A stretch of 64,000 bases of DNA from Rebecca billardiae RCC1528 (GCA_965240325.2 OZ251248.1:1-64000), one strand, 5' to 3'; counted from the stretch's first letter, positions 34,567 through 48,807 are shown. Numbers and translations: made by a program. The notes: a model not told the origin generated them from the letters alone.

Positions 34567-36281
34567 GTGGCGTTATTGGCACAATAACTGAGTGTCTAAG
34601 AGCGACACCAAGATCCGGCTCGCTTGGCATCATCAACCAGCTGTCCGGCCGGGGCGCCCGCCGCCCAGCGCGCGCAGTCCTGGTCGGACCCCTTTTCGGC
34701 AGCCAATCCGGTCGGCACCGGGCACCGCCTGCAGGACTTGCTCGGCGATTCCTGTTCCATCCGCCGAGGCGACTCTTCTGGCCTCGGCGCGGCTCGGCCC
34801 AAGGTACGGGGGCGCCATGACACAAGGCGCCGAGCCGAGCAGGGGGCCCACGACACCGCACGCTACACTCTCCTCCGACCACTCTTGTGAGCTCGGCACA
34901 CAGGAGGTGTATACGCTGCTTTGGTAGTCCCCTCTGCTCGGTGAGGTTGCTGCTGTCAGCGCCTCCGCCCTGCAGCGCCGCACCGCAGCCGCGTCGTCGC
35001 TCGTCCGGCATCACATTCTCGTCCAGCAGCTCACGTGCTGCCGCGTCAGCTCCGCGGCGGCGGTTCACCGTTTGAGATATGCGCACGCCTCGCGCACGCG
35101 CGTCGCGCCATGTGCCGCACGCTCTCGCTCAACACGCGGCTGACACACCGCGCCACCGCGCGCGCGTGAACGCTACGCGCAGTCCCCAATCTTTCTCTTC
35201 TTTTTAACGGGATTCATCAACCACTACTTGGACGCCCGCTCTAACTTATAAACGGGACTCACGGGCGCCCTCTCGACCACGGGCAGCTGCGCCTCCGCAC
35301 TGCCCGCGCCCGTCGTTCGTTGGTAAAATCCCGACCTATGTAACATGATCGTGTCCCAATCATGATCATCATCGTGGACTGTCCCAAGACGCAGTTCACG
35401 CCACGACCATCCAGCTCTCGGTCGTGCTCGACGCTTCGAGCGAGCAGGGCATGGCGGAGTGGTTAGACGTGGCGTTATTGGCACAATAACTGAGTGTCTA
35501 AGAGCGACACCAAGATCCGGCTCGCTTGGCATCATCAACCAGCTGTCCGGCCGGGGCGCCAGCCGCCCAGCGCGCGCAGTCCTGGTCGGACCCCTTTTCG
35601 GCAGCCAATCCGGTCGGCACCGGGCACCGCCTGCAGGACTTGCTCGGCGATTCCTGTTCCATCCGCCGAGGCGACTCTTCTGGCCTCGGCGCGGCTCGGC
35701 CCAAGGTACGGGGGCGCCATGACACAAGGCGCCGAGCCGAGCAGGGGGCCCACGACACCGCACGCTACACTCTCCTCCGACCACTCTTGTGAGCTCGGCA
35801 CACAGGAGGTGTATACGCTGCTTTGGTAGTCCCCTCTGCTCGGTGAGGTTGCTGCTGTCAGCGCCTCCGCCCTGCAGCGCCGCACCGCAGCCGCGTCGTC
35901 GCTCGTCCGGCATCACATTCTCGTCCAGCAGCTCACGTGCTGCCGCGTCAGCTCCGCGGCGGCGGTTCACCGTTTGCCCACCCTCCCACCCTCTGTCTGG
36001 GATAACGGTGCTGTGCAACCCGTGCTGTCTGGTCAGCCAGATCGGCCGTCGACCTCCGTGACTGACGGACCTCACGGGCGCCCTCTCGACCACGGGCAGC
36101 TGCGCCTCCGCACTGCCCGCGCCCGTCGTTCGTTGGTAAAATCCCGACCTATGTAACATGATCGTGTCCCAATCATGATCATCATCGTGGACTGTCCCAA
36201 GACGCAGTTCACGCCACGACCATCCAGCTCTCGGTCGTGCTCGACGCTTCGAGCGAGCAGGGCATGGCGGAGTGGTTAGAC
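34567..36281 (+). mobile_element. Non-autonomous split-direct-repeat element 1 (A1-X-B1-A2-Y-B2; DIRS-order PAT/Ngaro-like)
   Basis: A1 34567-35074 matches A2 35469-35976 (508 bp, one mismatch seen). B1 35258-35468 matches B2 36071-36281 (211 bp). Flanked on both sides by TA repeats; no ORF. Confidence 0.75.
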
Positions 36282-37637
36282 ATATATATAATTATATATA
36301 CGGGACCGGGCCCCACTAGTCACTCGGACGGCCCCGGAGCGTACCGTTGCTCAGGCCGCTGATGCTATATATGAAAATATAATATTCATCCGGCTGCGCA
36401 GTAAATATAACTATATATATATATATATATATATATTCGATTATTAGTACGGTTCAGCGCGTCAGGCAATCGGACCGTGTGATCAGCCTGCCGATGAGGC
36501 TGACGCGTCGGACGTCACTATAGCGCAGCTACGTACCTCGGGCGGGCTCGGACTCGTGCGCGGTCTGAGCCAGGTCCCTATACCCCCGCCCAACCGTGCG
36601 TCGGACACTCGAACCCGCCGCCTCAGATCTAGTGCGGGGCCCGCGCTGGCCGCGCGGGCCCGTAGCGGCTCCCGCGGAGTAGTCCCGCGCCGGCGGTCCG
36701 CGCGGACGCGGTACTCTACGGTATAGCCGCGTTCGACTCCGTGCCGCCGGCGCGGCATTCAGTAGCACGGACATCAGCAGTAGTCGTCCGCAGAGTGCCA
36801 GCAGAGTGCCACTCGGAACGCCCGGCGCGGCCCGGGCCATCCGCGCAAAATATATATATTTCAAAAAGAGCTTTGATTCCTACTGTGCGGGGGGGAGCGA
36901 CCCTGCTCTTCAGCCGGCATGCCGCCTTCAAGCCTCCCTCCCCAAGATAGGTGCCAGCCCCCTCCTTCGAAGCGCGACGCAAACACGTGCGCTTGGGTGG
37001 GCACGCGCACAGATGCGCCGGCGCAAGGCGCAACCCCGCGCCCGTCCACTCTCCGCGCCGGGGGCGCGGCGCAGGAGGCGCGCCCGGCCGCAAGACTTCG
37101 CCGCAGGACGAAATGGCTGCCACTCGGTGCGGCGACCGTCGATAGGTTGCCTCTGCCCGCTGCTCGGGGGCCGCACCCGGCCACGGTCCTCGTGCGGCGT
37201 GTGATCCTCGTGTGTCGCACGAGCCTCTGCCTTCGTGGGCTCCGCGTTTGGTCCCGGCTCCGCCTGTCCTCTCCCTTCTGCACTGGCGCGCGCGCGCGCG
37301 CGCGGCGGCGATGACTGATCGTACTTCACACTCTTCCTGTCGCGCGACCGTGTACCTCTGCATCATACGTATTGCCCGTACGGCTGCATCCAAGTACGTT
37401 TGTACGTCCTGGATGTTCCATTTGCCAGCTACCTCTCTCCGAGGCCTCACGCGTTCGGCTGCCTACTGGGCCCTTGGCTGCCAGCTACGATCCGAATGGT
37501 GTCTCTCCTTGCGCGCGCGCGCGACGCGCGCGGCGCCGCCAACTCTGGTGAGAGCCTCCGCCTGGATCCTGCCTTACTGTCGGCCTCTACCGGCCGTCAA
37601 TGGCCATGTTGCCAAGGGCCGCCGACGGTTGGCCCGA

Positions 37638-40270
37638 CACAGTGCCGGAAAACTGCTCAGGGTGACGTTTTAAGTTGTCCGCACCACTAGTCGAATCATC
37701 GGACAATTCTGAAGCGGTGCGCCTAAATTCGGCGCACCATAGGCGCGTCGAATCGTGGCACAGACCTTGGTAGCAGGCCACACCTGAGCGCGCTGCGCGC
37801 GCCGACGCGCGCTCGGCGCGGGCAAAAAATCATGCGCCGTTGGCATTACGCAGCCCCGCGCAGCGCTGTGCTCGAGCTCGGCGGCGGCGAAAGCGGGCGG
37901 GCGCACACGGCGGTGCCCGTGCGCGCTGCTCCGAGCGCAGCTGCGGCCACCCCGGCGGCATAACGCCGGTCGAGGGCACGAAAACCGATTTTTCGGGAAA
38001 ATGCAGAGCAGCGGCGCCCGAGCGCGCCCGAGCTCGTCGCAGCACAGTCTCCTGGTGGCTGCGCCCCGTGAAGCCACGCCACGCGGGGCGCTGGCGTGCG
38101 CGTGGCCTGCGCCCACCGTGCGCTGCCCGATCATGGCCGTCGACCGCTCCGAGCGCCTCACCACGCGTGCTCGAGCCCACCGATACTGACGCCCGAGCAC
38201 GGTGCCGGCAGCGCTCGCAGGTGGGCGTCGGAGAAAACACGCCGGCCGAACGAGCTTGAAGCGTCCGCCGCGATGCCAACGGCAGCGGACGACGTGCGCG
38301 CCACCTCGGCGCCAGTCGCCCAGCCCTTGCGCGGCGGTGCGGGCTCGCTCGTTCGCCGCCATCAGCTGCGCGCGCGCAGCCCGATCACTGCCCGCTGGTT
38401 CTGTTGTCGAGCAGCTGCGGCCTGCCACGCGCACTGCCGGACATTGAGCCACAGCGCGAGCACGCGCCTCGTCTGGCACGCGCGAGCACTCAGCATCGTG
38501 CGTGGCCACCATGACGCGCCCATCTGCGCCAGCAGCGATGAGCACGCCGCCGTTCAGCTCGCATCGGGCTCGCTCGCGACGCAGCAACGCGCGGCCGTAG
38601 CGGCAGCAGCGGCGCCGTCGAGCACGCGCAGCAAACAAATATGCAGCGCGGGCGAGTCGACGGTCTGGAAAATGCGCGATCACGCCACAGCAGGCTGGCA
38701 GAGCCCGCCCGAGCTGCAGCATGCCGTAGGTGCTGCCCCAAGCTCTCGACTGCCCGTAAGCGGCGGCATGTGCGGCGGCGCCGGCGGCGGCCATGCTGCC
38801 ACGCCGTTGCGCGCAGCGGGGCGCCGTCGGCACCTCCGTGGTGAAGCGCACAGAGCTCGAGCCCACGGGGGCTGGCGACCGTCAAACCGACACCCCATGA
38901 CGCGGGGCTGCGTGCGCCAGCTGCGCGCACTCCGTGGGCCCACCTAGCCCGCTCGAGCAGCTCGCCTTGGGTGCGCGCAGCGGCTCGAGCACACTGGTAT
39001 GGGACGCCTGCCTGCGGTGCCGCCGAGCACATGCGGCCGACGGTCACTCAGCACGGGCGACTCGACGGCGGCGAGCAGGCGCGACGGCCTCGCCGCGCCG
39101 CGGAAAAGCCTGCCCGGGCTGCAGCACGCCGTAGGAGCAGCCCAGCGCCCTCCTCCGCCCTCCAGCTTCGGCGCGCGCAGCAGGCCCGGCGGCGGCCATG
39201 CTGGCGTGCCCAAGCATGAAGATGGGCGCGGCCGGCCGCGCCGTCGCAAAGCGCGCAGAACTCGAGCTCGGGGGGGCGGACGGCCGCCAAACTGGCGCGG
39301 CAGGACGTGGCACTGCGTGCGCCAGCTGCGCGCACCCGCTGCGCCCGCGTGGCCCGTGCGAGCGCCGCGCCTCGAGCACACGCAGCTGCTCGACACAGCC
39401 ACGGCAGTGTGGCTTGTGCGCGTGCACGTGATCAGTCTCAGCTCTGAGGCGCGCGCTCAGGAGGGCTGCGGCCGGGCCGAGCGCGATCTGCGCGGACGGT
39501 ACAGCCTGGCGGCTCATGCCAGCCAGCCCAAAGCCCGCTCCGCCATCCGCGTCATGGCGCTCCAGCCTCTCGCGTGCTGCGCTGCAGCCGCGCTCGGCAA
39601 AGACGTCGCCCAGCCCGCCTTGCACGCGGCTGAGCAGTGGCAGCCAGGCGAAGCGTCGTCGCGGGCGAGGCTGCGCTGGGTGATGCGGCTCGGGTCGGTG
39701 GGCAAGTCGCACCCCGCCGTCGGTCGCCTCCACGCCTCAGGCTCGCTCGAGGTCAAAGACAACTGCGCGGCGCGGCGTTTGCGCGGGCGGGCCGCGGGCG
39801 TGGCGGGGTGTACGCGTGCAATGTCACAGCCTCCCACACAATTTCAGGAGGGTGAGACGCACCGCCAGCGGCACCCGCACACAATCCCACCCTGCGCGAG
39901 CCACCTGCCGTGTCGACTGAAGCATCAGGCTCGGGCGCAACCGCGGGCGGCGCATGCAAGAAGCTCGCGAAACGCACCGCGCGCGCCGTGAGGGCGAAAG
40001 GAGAGCACCCGTCAGGGCGGCGAGGAACTTGCCCAGCGCCACGCGGAAGACGACCCCAGCCCGCGTCGACGCATAGTCGGGCCCGCGAGCAGCCTCGTCG
40101 GTCTTCGCCGAGTAGATCGCGCCGCGAGCCGAGGCACCGCTCGTTTGAGGCTCCGTCCGCCGCGAAGTCGCGGCTTCCACCCGAGTTCCACTGCCCGGCC
40201 GAGACCGGATTCGCTGACTCGAGCTGCGGACCGTCCGAAGCGTCACGGAAAATTCCAATCCTGCACTGTG
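37638..40270 (-). mobile_element. Non-autonomous CACAGTG-terminated DNA transposon, copy 2 (inverted)
   Basis: CACAGTGCCGGA at 37638 and TCCTGCACTGTG ending at 40270. 2633 bp, colinear reverse complement of copy 1. Flanks CCCGA/GACTA do not form a TSD. Confidence 0.8.
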
Positions 40271-40308
40271 GACTAAAGTTCTCGTTAGACACTGTGGTCT
40301 GCTAAGAG

Positions 40309-42169
<1,861 letters not shown>

Positions 42170-42492
42170 ATATATATATATGTATGCATGCTGGCGCAGC
42201 GCTATATGTGATATATGTCTATGACGCTGTCCCGGAGTACTCGGTCGGACGCCGGCCATCCCCGGACGACTGCCGGAGCCGTGGGCTGCAGGCGCCGCGT
42301 TTGTTGGGTTCGTTCGGCAGCATGCTTGCCGACGACCAGGGCGGACAACGCCACCAGGGTCGTCTGCGCGCCAGCTGCCGCTCTACTGCGCAGCTCAGGC
42401 AGCCCTTTCACGAGACAGCCGCCGAATAACAGCAGTGCAGCGACGGCCCTGCGCAGCTGCTGCCACCGTCACCGCGCGCACCCGCCTCACAG

Positions 42493-45400
42493 TCACTGCG
42501 CCGGCGGCGGCACGTACGCGCGCACGCGCCTGAGCAGCTCGGCGTGCTCGACCACGCCGCCGCCCTGCGCCGCCTGCCCCGCGCTCAGGCAGAGGACCGC
42601 GTACTGGCCGGTGCCGCCAAAGATGAGGTCGTGGCTCAGCGCGTGCGTGCTGGTGCTGCCGCCGCCGGGCGCGGCGCCCTCGGCGCCGGGCGGCGCGCGG
42701 AGCGTCACCTCGGCGCGCGCGGTGAACATGCCCCACGCGCTCAGCAGCAGCTCGAACGGCGGCTGCGTCTGCTCCACCGCCTTGCGCCGCATGCTCGGGT
42801 GCAGCCGCCACACGACGCGCTCGATGCGCGCCAGCGTGGCCGCGGCGCGCGCGCCGCCCGCCTCGCCGCCCGCGTCGTGCGGCCGCACAAAGAGCGCGAC
42901 GGCGTGGCGCAGCTTGTACCCCGGCCGCGAGAAGGAGGGCGCGAGCGGGCGGCGCGCGGCCTCGTGCCCGTTGCCCAGCTCGAGCCCGACCAGGTCGGCG
43001 CCGCGCGCGTCCGCGCCCTCGAGCCCGGCGCGCACGCGCGACAGGTCGGCGCCGAGCCCGCCGCGCGCGTCGGCGTCGGCGTCGGCGTCGTCGTCGTCGT
43101 CGTCGTCGGCGGCGCCGGGCTCGAGCGCGACGGCGGTGCACAGCGCGCGCGCCGCGATTCGGCTCGCCCGCGCGCCCTCCTCCTCCGCCGGCGCCGCCGC
43201 CCACGCCGCGCCCTCCGCGAGCGCGGCGCGCGCGTCTCGCTCGTTGGCCGCCGCCTCGACCGCCAGCGAGTGCGCGCCGCCGAGCGCGGCGCTCAGGTCG
43301 GCGTGCGCGCGCGCGTGCGCGTCGGCGGCGTCGGCGTGGCGGCCCTGCGCCTCGAGGGCGAGGCCGAGCCACGTGCGCGCCGCCGCGGCGCGCGGGTGCG
43401 CCGGCCACAGCGCGCCCTCGAGCTGCGCCACGCCGCGCGCCAGCTCCGCCTCCGCCTCGGGCGCGCGGCCGAGCGCGAGCGCGCAGAAGCCGCGCTCGCA
43501 CAGCGCGCCGCACAGCGCCGCCGCCGCGCCCGCGTCGCGCGCGTCGGCGTCGGCGGCGGCGCGCTCGAGCAGCGAGACCGCCTGCGTGAGCAGGCCGTGC
43601 GCGCGCGCGTGCTCGTGCCGCGCGCGCAGGTTCGCCGCGAGCGCGACGAGCACGTCGGCGAGCGCGCTCGCGCTCGGCGGCGGCTCGGCGGCGCCGCCCG
43701 GCGGCGCGCCGCCCGCCGCCGGCCGCGCCGTCGCGGCGGCGTGCAGCGCCCGGGCGGCGCGCTGCAGCGTGGCCATCTCGAGGCCGAGGTCGCCCTCGCC
43801 CGAGCACGCGCGGCCGAGCTCGCGCAGGCACGCGCCCAGCCCGCCGCTCGGCGGCTCGGCGCGCGCGCGCGGCGGCAGCAGCAGCAGCGCGGCCGCGCAC
43901 GCGACGCGCACGGCCGCGCCCGCCTCCGCGCCGTCGGACAGCAGAGACGCGCACGCGCACAGCCGCGCGCCCGCTTGGCGCGGCTCGTCCCACCCGCCGT
44001 CGGCGGCGAGCTCGGCGCGGATGCGCGCGGCCGGCGGCGGCGGCGCCTCGCCCTCGCCCGCGCCGCCGCCCTCGCCCAGCGCGGCGCGCAGCCGCTCGAT
44101 CGCCGCGGCCGCGTCGTCGCCGAGCGCCGCGACGCGCGCCGCCTGCGCCGCCTCCTCCGCCTCGAGTGCTGAGAGCTGCGCGCGCGCGGGCTCGAGGCCG
44201 CGCTCGGCGTCGGCGCGGCGCACGAGCGCGGCCGCCCACTCGACGAGCGCCGCCGCGCCCGCGCTCACCTTCGCCACCTCCGCCGCCGCCATCTCGGGCC
44301 GCGCGAGCAGCGCGCGCAGCGCGTCGAGCTGCGCGCCGCTCAGCTGCGCCGAGTCCAGCGCAGCCAGCCGCTCCGCAAGCGCGCCGTCCGCCAGCAGCTT
44401 CCTCGAGCCGGACCAGTCCGGCCGCTCGGGCTTCTCGAGCTTGCGCGAGGCCGACGCGCCGGGCGGCGCGAGCGGGCGCACGCCGAGCGCGGTCGCCACC
44501 GCCTGCGCCGCGAGCTCCACCTGCGGCGGCGGCTTGGCGAGCCCCTTGAGCTCGGAGAGGCGCGTCTTGGAGAGCGAGCCGAGCGCGCGCTCGGCGGCGG
44601 CGGCCGCGTCCGCCGCGGCCTCGAGCGCGGGCGCGGCCTCGGAGACGAGGGCGGCGTGGCGCGCGGCGCGCGCGGACGTCTCCGCCGCCGCGGCCGAGCG
44701 CTGCGCCGCGAGCGACGCGGCGAGCTCCTTCGCCGCCGCCGACGCCTCGGCCGCGCCCTCGACGGCCGCGCCGCCGCCATCGCCGCCCGCCGCCGCCGCC
44801 GCCTCGGCGGGCGCGCCCGCGGCCGCGCCGAGCGGCGCGTCGGCGGGGTCGGCGGGGTCGGCGCCGTGCGCGGCGGGCGGTGGTGCGGCGTCGAGCGCGT
44901 CGTCGACGAGCCGGAGCAGCGCGCGCACGCACTCGGCGCTGCTCTCGTCGCCGCGCGCGCGCTGCGCCGCGCCGCCGCCGCCGCCCGCGGCCGCGGCCGC
45001 GGCGGCGCGCAGCGCGCGCAGCACGAGTCGCAGCGCGTCGGCGCGCGAGCCGCCGCCGCCGCCCTCGCCCTCCGCCGCCGCCTCCGGCCGGGGCTCGCGC
45101 TCGGCCTCGGGCGGCGGCGGGGCGGGCTGCTCCGCGCGCTCGGCGGCGGGCGCGCCGCCCGCCGCCTCCGCCTGCCCGCCGAGCGCCGCGGCCACCACCT
45201 CCGCGCCCAGCGCCGCGAGGGCGCGCGCCATCGCGCCGTAGCCGCCCGCGCCGGCCGCGCGCCAGTGGCCGAGGAGCGTCAGCCGACGCCCGCCGCCGAG
45301 CGCGTGCCGCGCGGTGCGCCACTGCAGCAGCGTCGCGCCGAGCTCGGCGCGCTCCCCCGCCGCCGCGAGCTGCGCCGGCAGCACGCGCGCGCGCCGCTCG

Positions 45401-47877
45401 GCGTCCGCGCGCGCCGGCGGCGCCGCGGCGGCGCCGCCGCCGCTTCCGAGGTTTGCGCCGAGCAGCCGCGCCAGCCGGCGGTGCGCGGCCGCGCGCTCGG
45501 CGGGCGCGCGCAGCCAGAGGGCGGCGGTGGCGGCGGCGGCGGCGCGGTGGTGGAAGGTGAGCAGGCCGCCGCTCGGCGGCCCCGCGGGGCGGAGGAAGGG
45601 GCGCAGCGCGAGGCACACGCGCGCCCAGCGCGCCGCGCTCAACGGCTCCGCGCCCTCCGCCTCCGCCGCGCCCTCCGCCGCGCCCTCCGCCGCGCCGCCG
45701 CCGCGGCCGGTGTCGGCCGGCTGCGGCACCCCGCCCACGCCCGCGTGCACGTCGGTGGAGGCGAGCGCGTCCCTGAGCTCAACCTCGAGCAGCCCCGCCT
45801 CCCCCGCCGCGTGCAGCAGGCACAGCGTGTCGCGCACCAGGCCACCGCTCCGCGGCTGCGGCTGCGGCTGCGGCTGCGGCTGCGGCTGCGGCTGCGGCTG
45901 CGGCTGCGGCGGGGCGGCGCCGGCCTGGTGGGCGGCGTCCGCCTCGTCGTCCTCGAGGGCGATGCGGCGCAGCGCGGCCATCGTCGCGTTCTCCAGCCCG
46001 TCGGGCAGCGCGCGCACCGCCGCGCCCAGCGACTCGAAGCTGCCGTGCAGCCGCAGCTCCTCGCAGCACACCGCCAGCCACAGCGGCACGCCCGCGGACG
46101 CGCGCCCGAGCAGCGCGGCCATGTGCTCCGCGTCCAGCGCCTTGTTGTACCGGCCGAGGTACGCGCGCACGAGCTCGGCGCGCGCCTCCGCGCCGAGCTG
46201 CGCGAGCGAGAGCTCCGACGCGCCGCCCTCCGCGCCGCCGCCGCCGGCGCGCGCGCGCTCGGCCCACGCGCCGTGCGCGCCGCTGCGCTCGAGCGCAGAC
46301 GCGAGCACGACCAGCCCCGGAGGGGGCGGCATCGGCACCCACGCGGCCAGCAGCTGCGCGGGCGCGCCGTCCGCGTCGAGCTGGTCGAGCGCGTCCACGA
46401 AGAGGACCAGCGCGCCGCCGCCGCCCGCCGCGCGCGCCACCGCCGCCGCCTCGAGCGCCGAGCGCGCCGCGGCGGCAATCTGCTCGAGCGGCGCGCCGCC
46501 CAGCTCGGCGCGCAGCGCGGCGCCGCCGGGCAGCGCGGCGCGCAGCGGCGGCGCGCGCAGCAGCCGGAGCAGCAGCGCGCGCGCCGAGGCCGAGCGCCCG
46601 CCGCCCGCGCCGCAGAAGTGCGCGAACGCGCGGCCGCGCCGCTCGGCGGGCGCGTCCGCCGCGCACCACTCGCGCGCCACCGCCGCCAGCACGCTCGACT
46701 TGCCCAGCCCCACGCTGCCCGTCAGCAGCAGCGCGCGCCCGCTGCCCGCGGCGGCGGCGCGCACAACGCCGAGCTCGCGCGCGCGGCCGAGCACCGACGC
46801 GCCGCGCGCCGCCATGAACGCCTCGTGCGCCGCGCCCTCCTCCGCCTCCTCCGCCTCCTCCTCCGCGCCCCCGCCGTCTGCTCCCGCCGCCTCCGCCTCC
46901 GCGCCCTCCGCCTCCGCGCCCTCCGCCTCCTCGGCGTGCGTGGGGAAGTGCTTAGGGCTAGGGCTAGGGTTAGGGTTAGGGCTGGGGTTAGGGTTAGGGT
47001 TGCCCTCCGCCTCCTCGGCGTGCGTGGGGAACTGCGCGGCGATGCGCTCCTGCAGCCACGCCTGCACGCGCGCGCCCAGGCTGCCCGCGCCGCCCTCCAG
47101 CCCCGCGAGGCGCAGCTTGCCGCTGCGCGCGTCCACGCCCGCCGGCGTCGGCTCGTACGCCAGCACGCGGCCGAGCGGCCCGAAGCGGCTGCGCACGCGC
47201 GCGCGCAGCTCCGCGATGTGCGCGGCCGCGAGCGGCGCGCGCTCGACCCAGCCGGGCGGCAGCGCGGCCTCGTCCTCCGCGCGGAAGCGGCGGAGCGCGA
47301 AGAAGGCGTTCGGCCCGCCCGCGCGGTACGCGCCGTGCAGCACCTCCATCGCCGTCACCGAGAAGCCGTCCACCCAGCCGTACGCCGCCGCCGCCTCTGC
47401 GGGCACGTCCGCAGCCGCGGGTGCCCAGCCGTACCGGCTGCCGAGCAGGTTGAGAAAAAACGGCTCGCCGTTGGCCTCGCGGCAGCGGTCGAGCTCGCCG
47501 AGGCACGCGGCGAGCGTCTGCGCCGTGCTCGCGTCGCGCTGCACCCCCCAGCGCAGGTCGCACTCGAGCACGTGCACGCGCCGCCCCTCCGCCCACGCGC
47601 GCACCGCGGGCAGCACGCGCTTGACCAGCAGCTCGCGCTCGGCGTGGAAGTCCACAAACGTCGAGGAGACGAACACGCGCACCACGCGCCAGCCGCGGCC
47701 GCGGAGCGGGACGGGGGGCGGCGGCGGGGGCGGCGTGGGCGGCACGCTCGCCTCCGCCACCGCCCACGCCGCCGCCACCGCCGCCGCCGCCGCCTCCGCG
47801 CTCAGCGGCGAAGCGGGCGGCGGCAAAGCGCCGCCGCCGTGCGACGGCGCGGGCGGCGCGCCGTGCGCCGCGCCGCC

Positions 47878-47908
<31 letters not shown>

Positions 47909-48421
47909 CCGTCGCCGCCGTGCGCGCCGCCACCGTCGCCGCCGTGCGCGCCACCGCCGCCACCGCCGCGCGGCGAGGGCGCGCGCCGCGCCTTGGCATC
48001 GCCCCCGCCGCCCGACGCGCGCCGCGAGCCGCCACCGCCGCCGCCGCCGCCGCCGCCGGCCGAGGGCGATGCCGCGCGCGCGCCCGCGCCGCGGCCCGCG
48101 CTGCCGGCGCGCGCGGGCGAGGCCGCGCGCGCGGGCGAGGCCGCGCGCGCGGGCGAGGCCGCCCGCGCGGGCGAGGCCGCCCGCGCGGGCGAGGCCCCGC
48201 GCGCGGGCGAGCCGCTGCGGCGGTGCGGCCGGCCGCCGCCCTCGGCCGCGTCTGCCGGCGCGCGGCCGATCGCTCGCGTCGCGCGCAGCGGCGCGCCGGC
48301 GCCGCCGCCGGCGCCGTCGGCGCCGGGCGGCGCGGGGAGCTTGGCCGCGGCGCGGCGCTGCGCCCCCGCCGCGCCCGCGTTCGCGCTCGCGCGCGGCGGC
48401 CGGTTCGGGCTGGGCGAGCGC

Positions 48422-48453
<32 letters not shown>

Positions 48454-48807
48454 CCCGGGCGGCGAGGGCACCGCGCGCGACGCGCCGTGCCCGCTCTGCC
48501 GCGCGGGCGGCAGCGAGACGCTCACGCCGCCGCCGCGGTGGTAGGCGTGCAGCGCCTCCACGCGCGCGCTCAGCTGCGGGCGCACCTCGCGCAGCGCCTG
48601 CTGGCCCGGCGTGGGCCGCGAGCGGCCGGGCAGGAAGGCTCGGTGCGTGCCGTCGCGCGCCGCGCGCGCCTGCGCGCCGCTGCGCGGCGGCGAGCGCGGC
48701 GGCGCGGGCGGCGAGCTGCGCCGGCGGGCGGGCGACGCGCTCCGCCAGCGCGCGGGCGAGCCCGCCTGCTCGCCGCTCGCGCGCCGACGCCTGGCCGGGC
48801 TCGACAT
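42493..48807 (-). CDS. STAND NTPase: DUF4062-NACHT-dynein microtubule-binding stalk-TPR-YEATS (TEP1/NPHP3-like core), 2104 aa
   Basis: VRVFVSSTFVDFHAERELL...DLRWGV (DUF4062); Walker A GSVGLGKS; Walker B LFVDALDQLD. MTBD-like at ~44160-44640; TPR-like helices (LWPAHPRAA, LGGAHSLA); YEATS-like at ~42600-42910. One continuous ORF. Confidence 0.88.
46952..47001 (+). repeat. Telomeric-repeat insertion inside the NACHT CDS
   Basis: 8 x (T/C)TAGGG-like units plus TT (50 bp), between 34-bp direct repeats 46918-46951 and 47002-47035. Confidence 0.92.

Noticed and set aside
34566-36282. Classical LTR/TRIM element with TG...CA ends
   Set aside because: The terminal T and A are absent at the internal junction and belong to the flanking TA repeats. 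The repeats are split (A-X-B-A-Y-B), and there is no 4-6-bp TSD.
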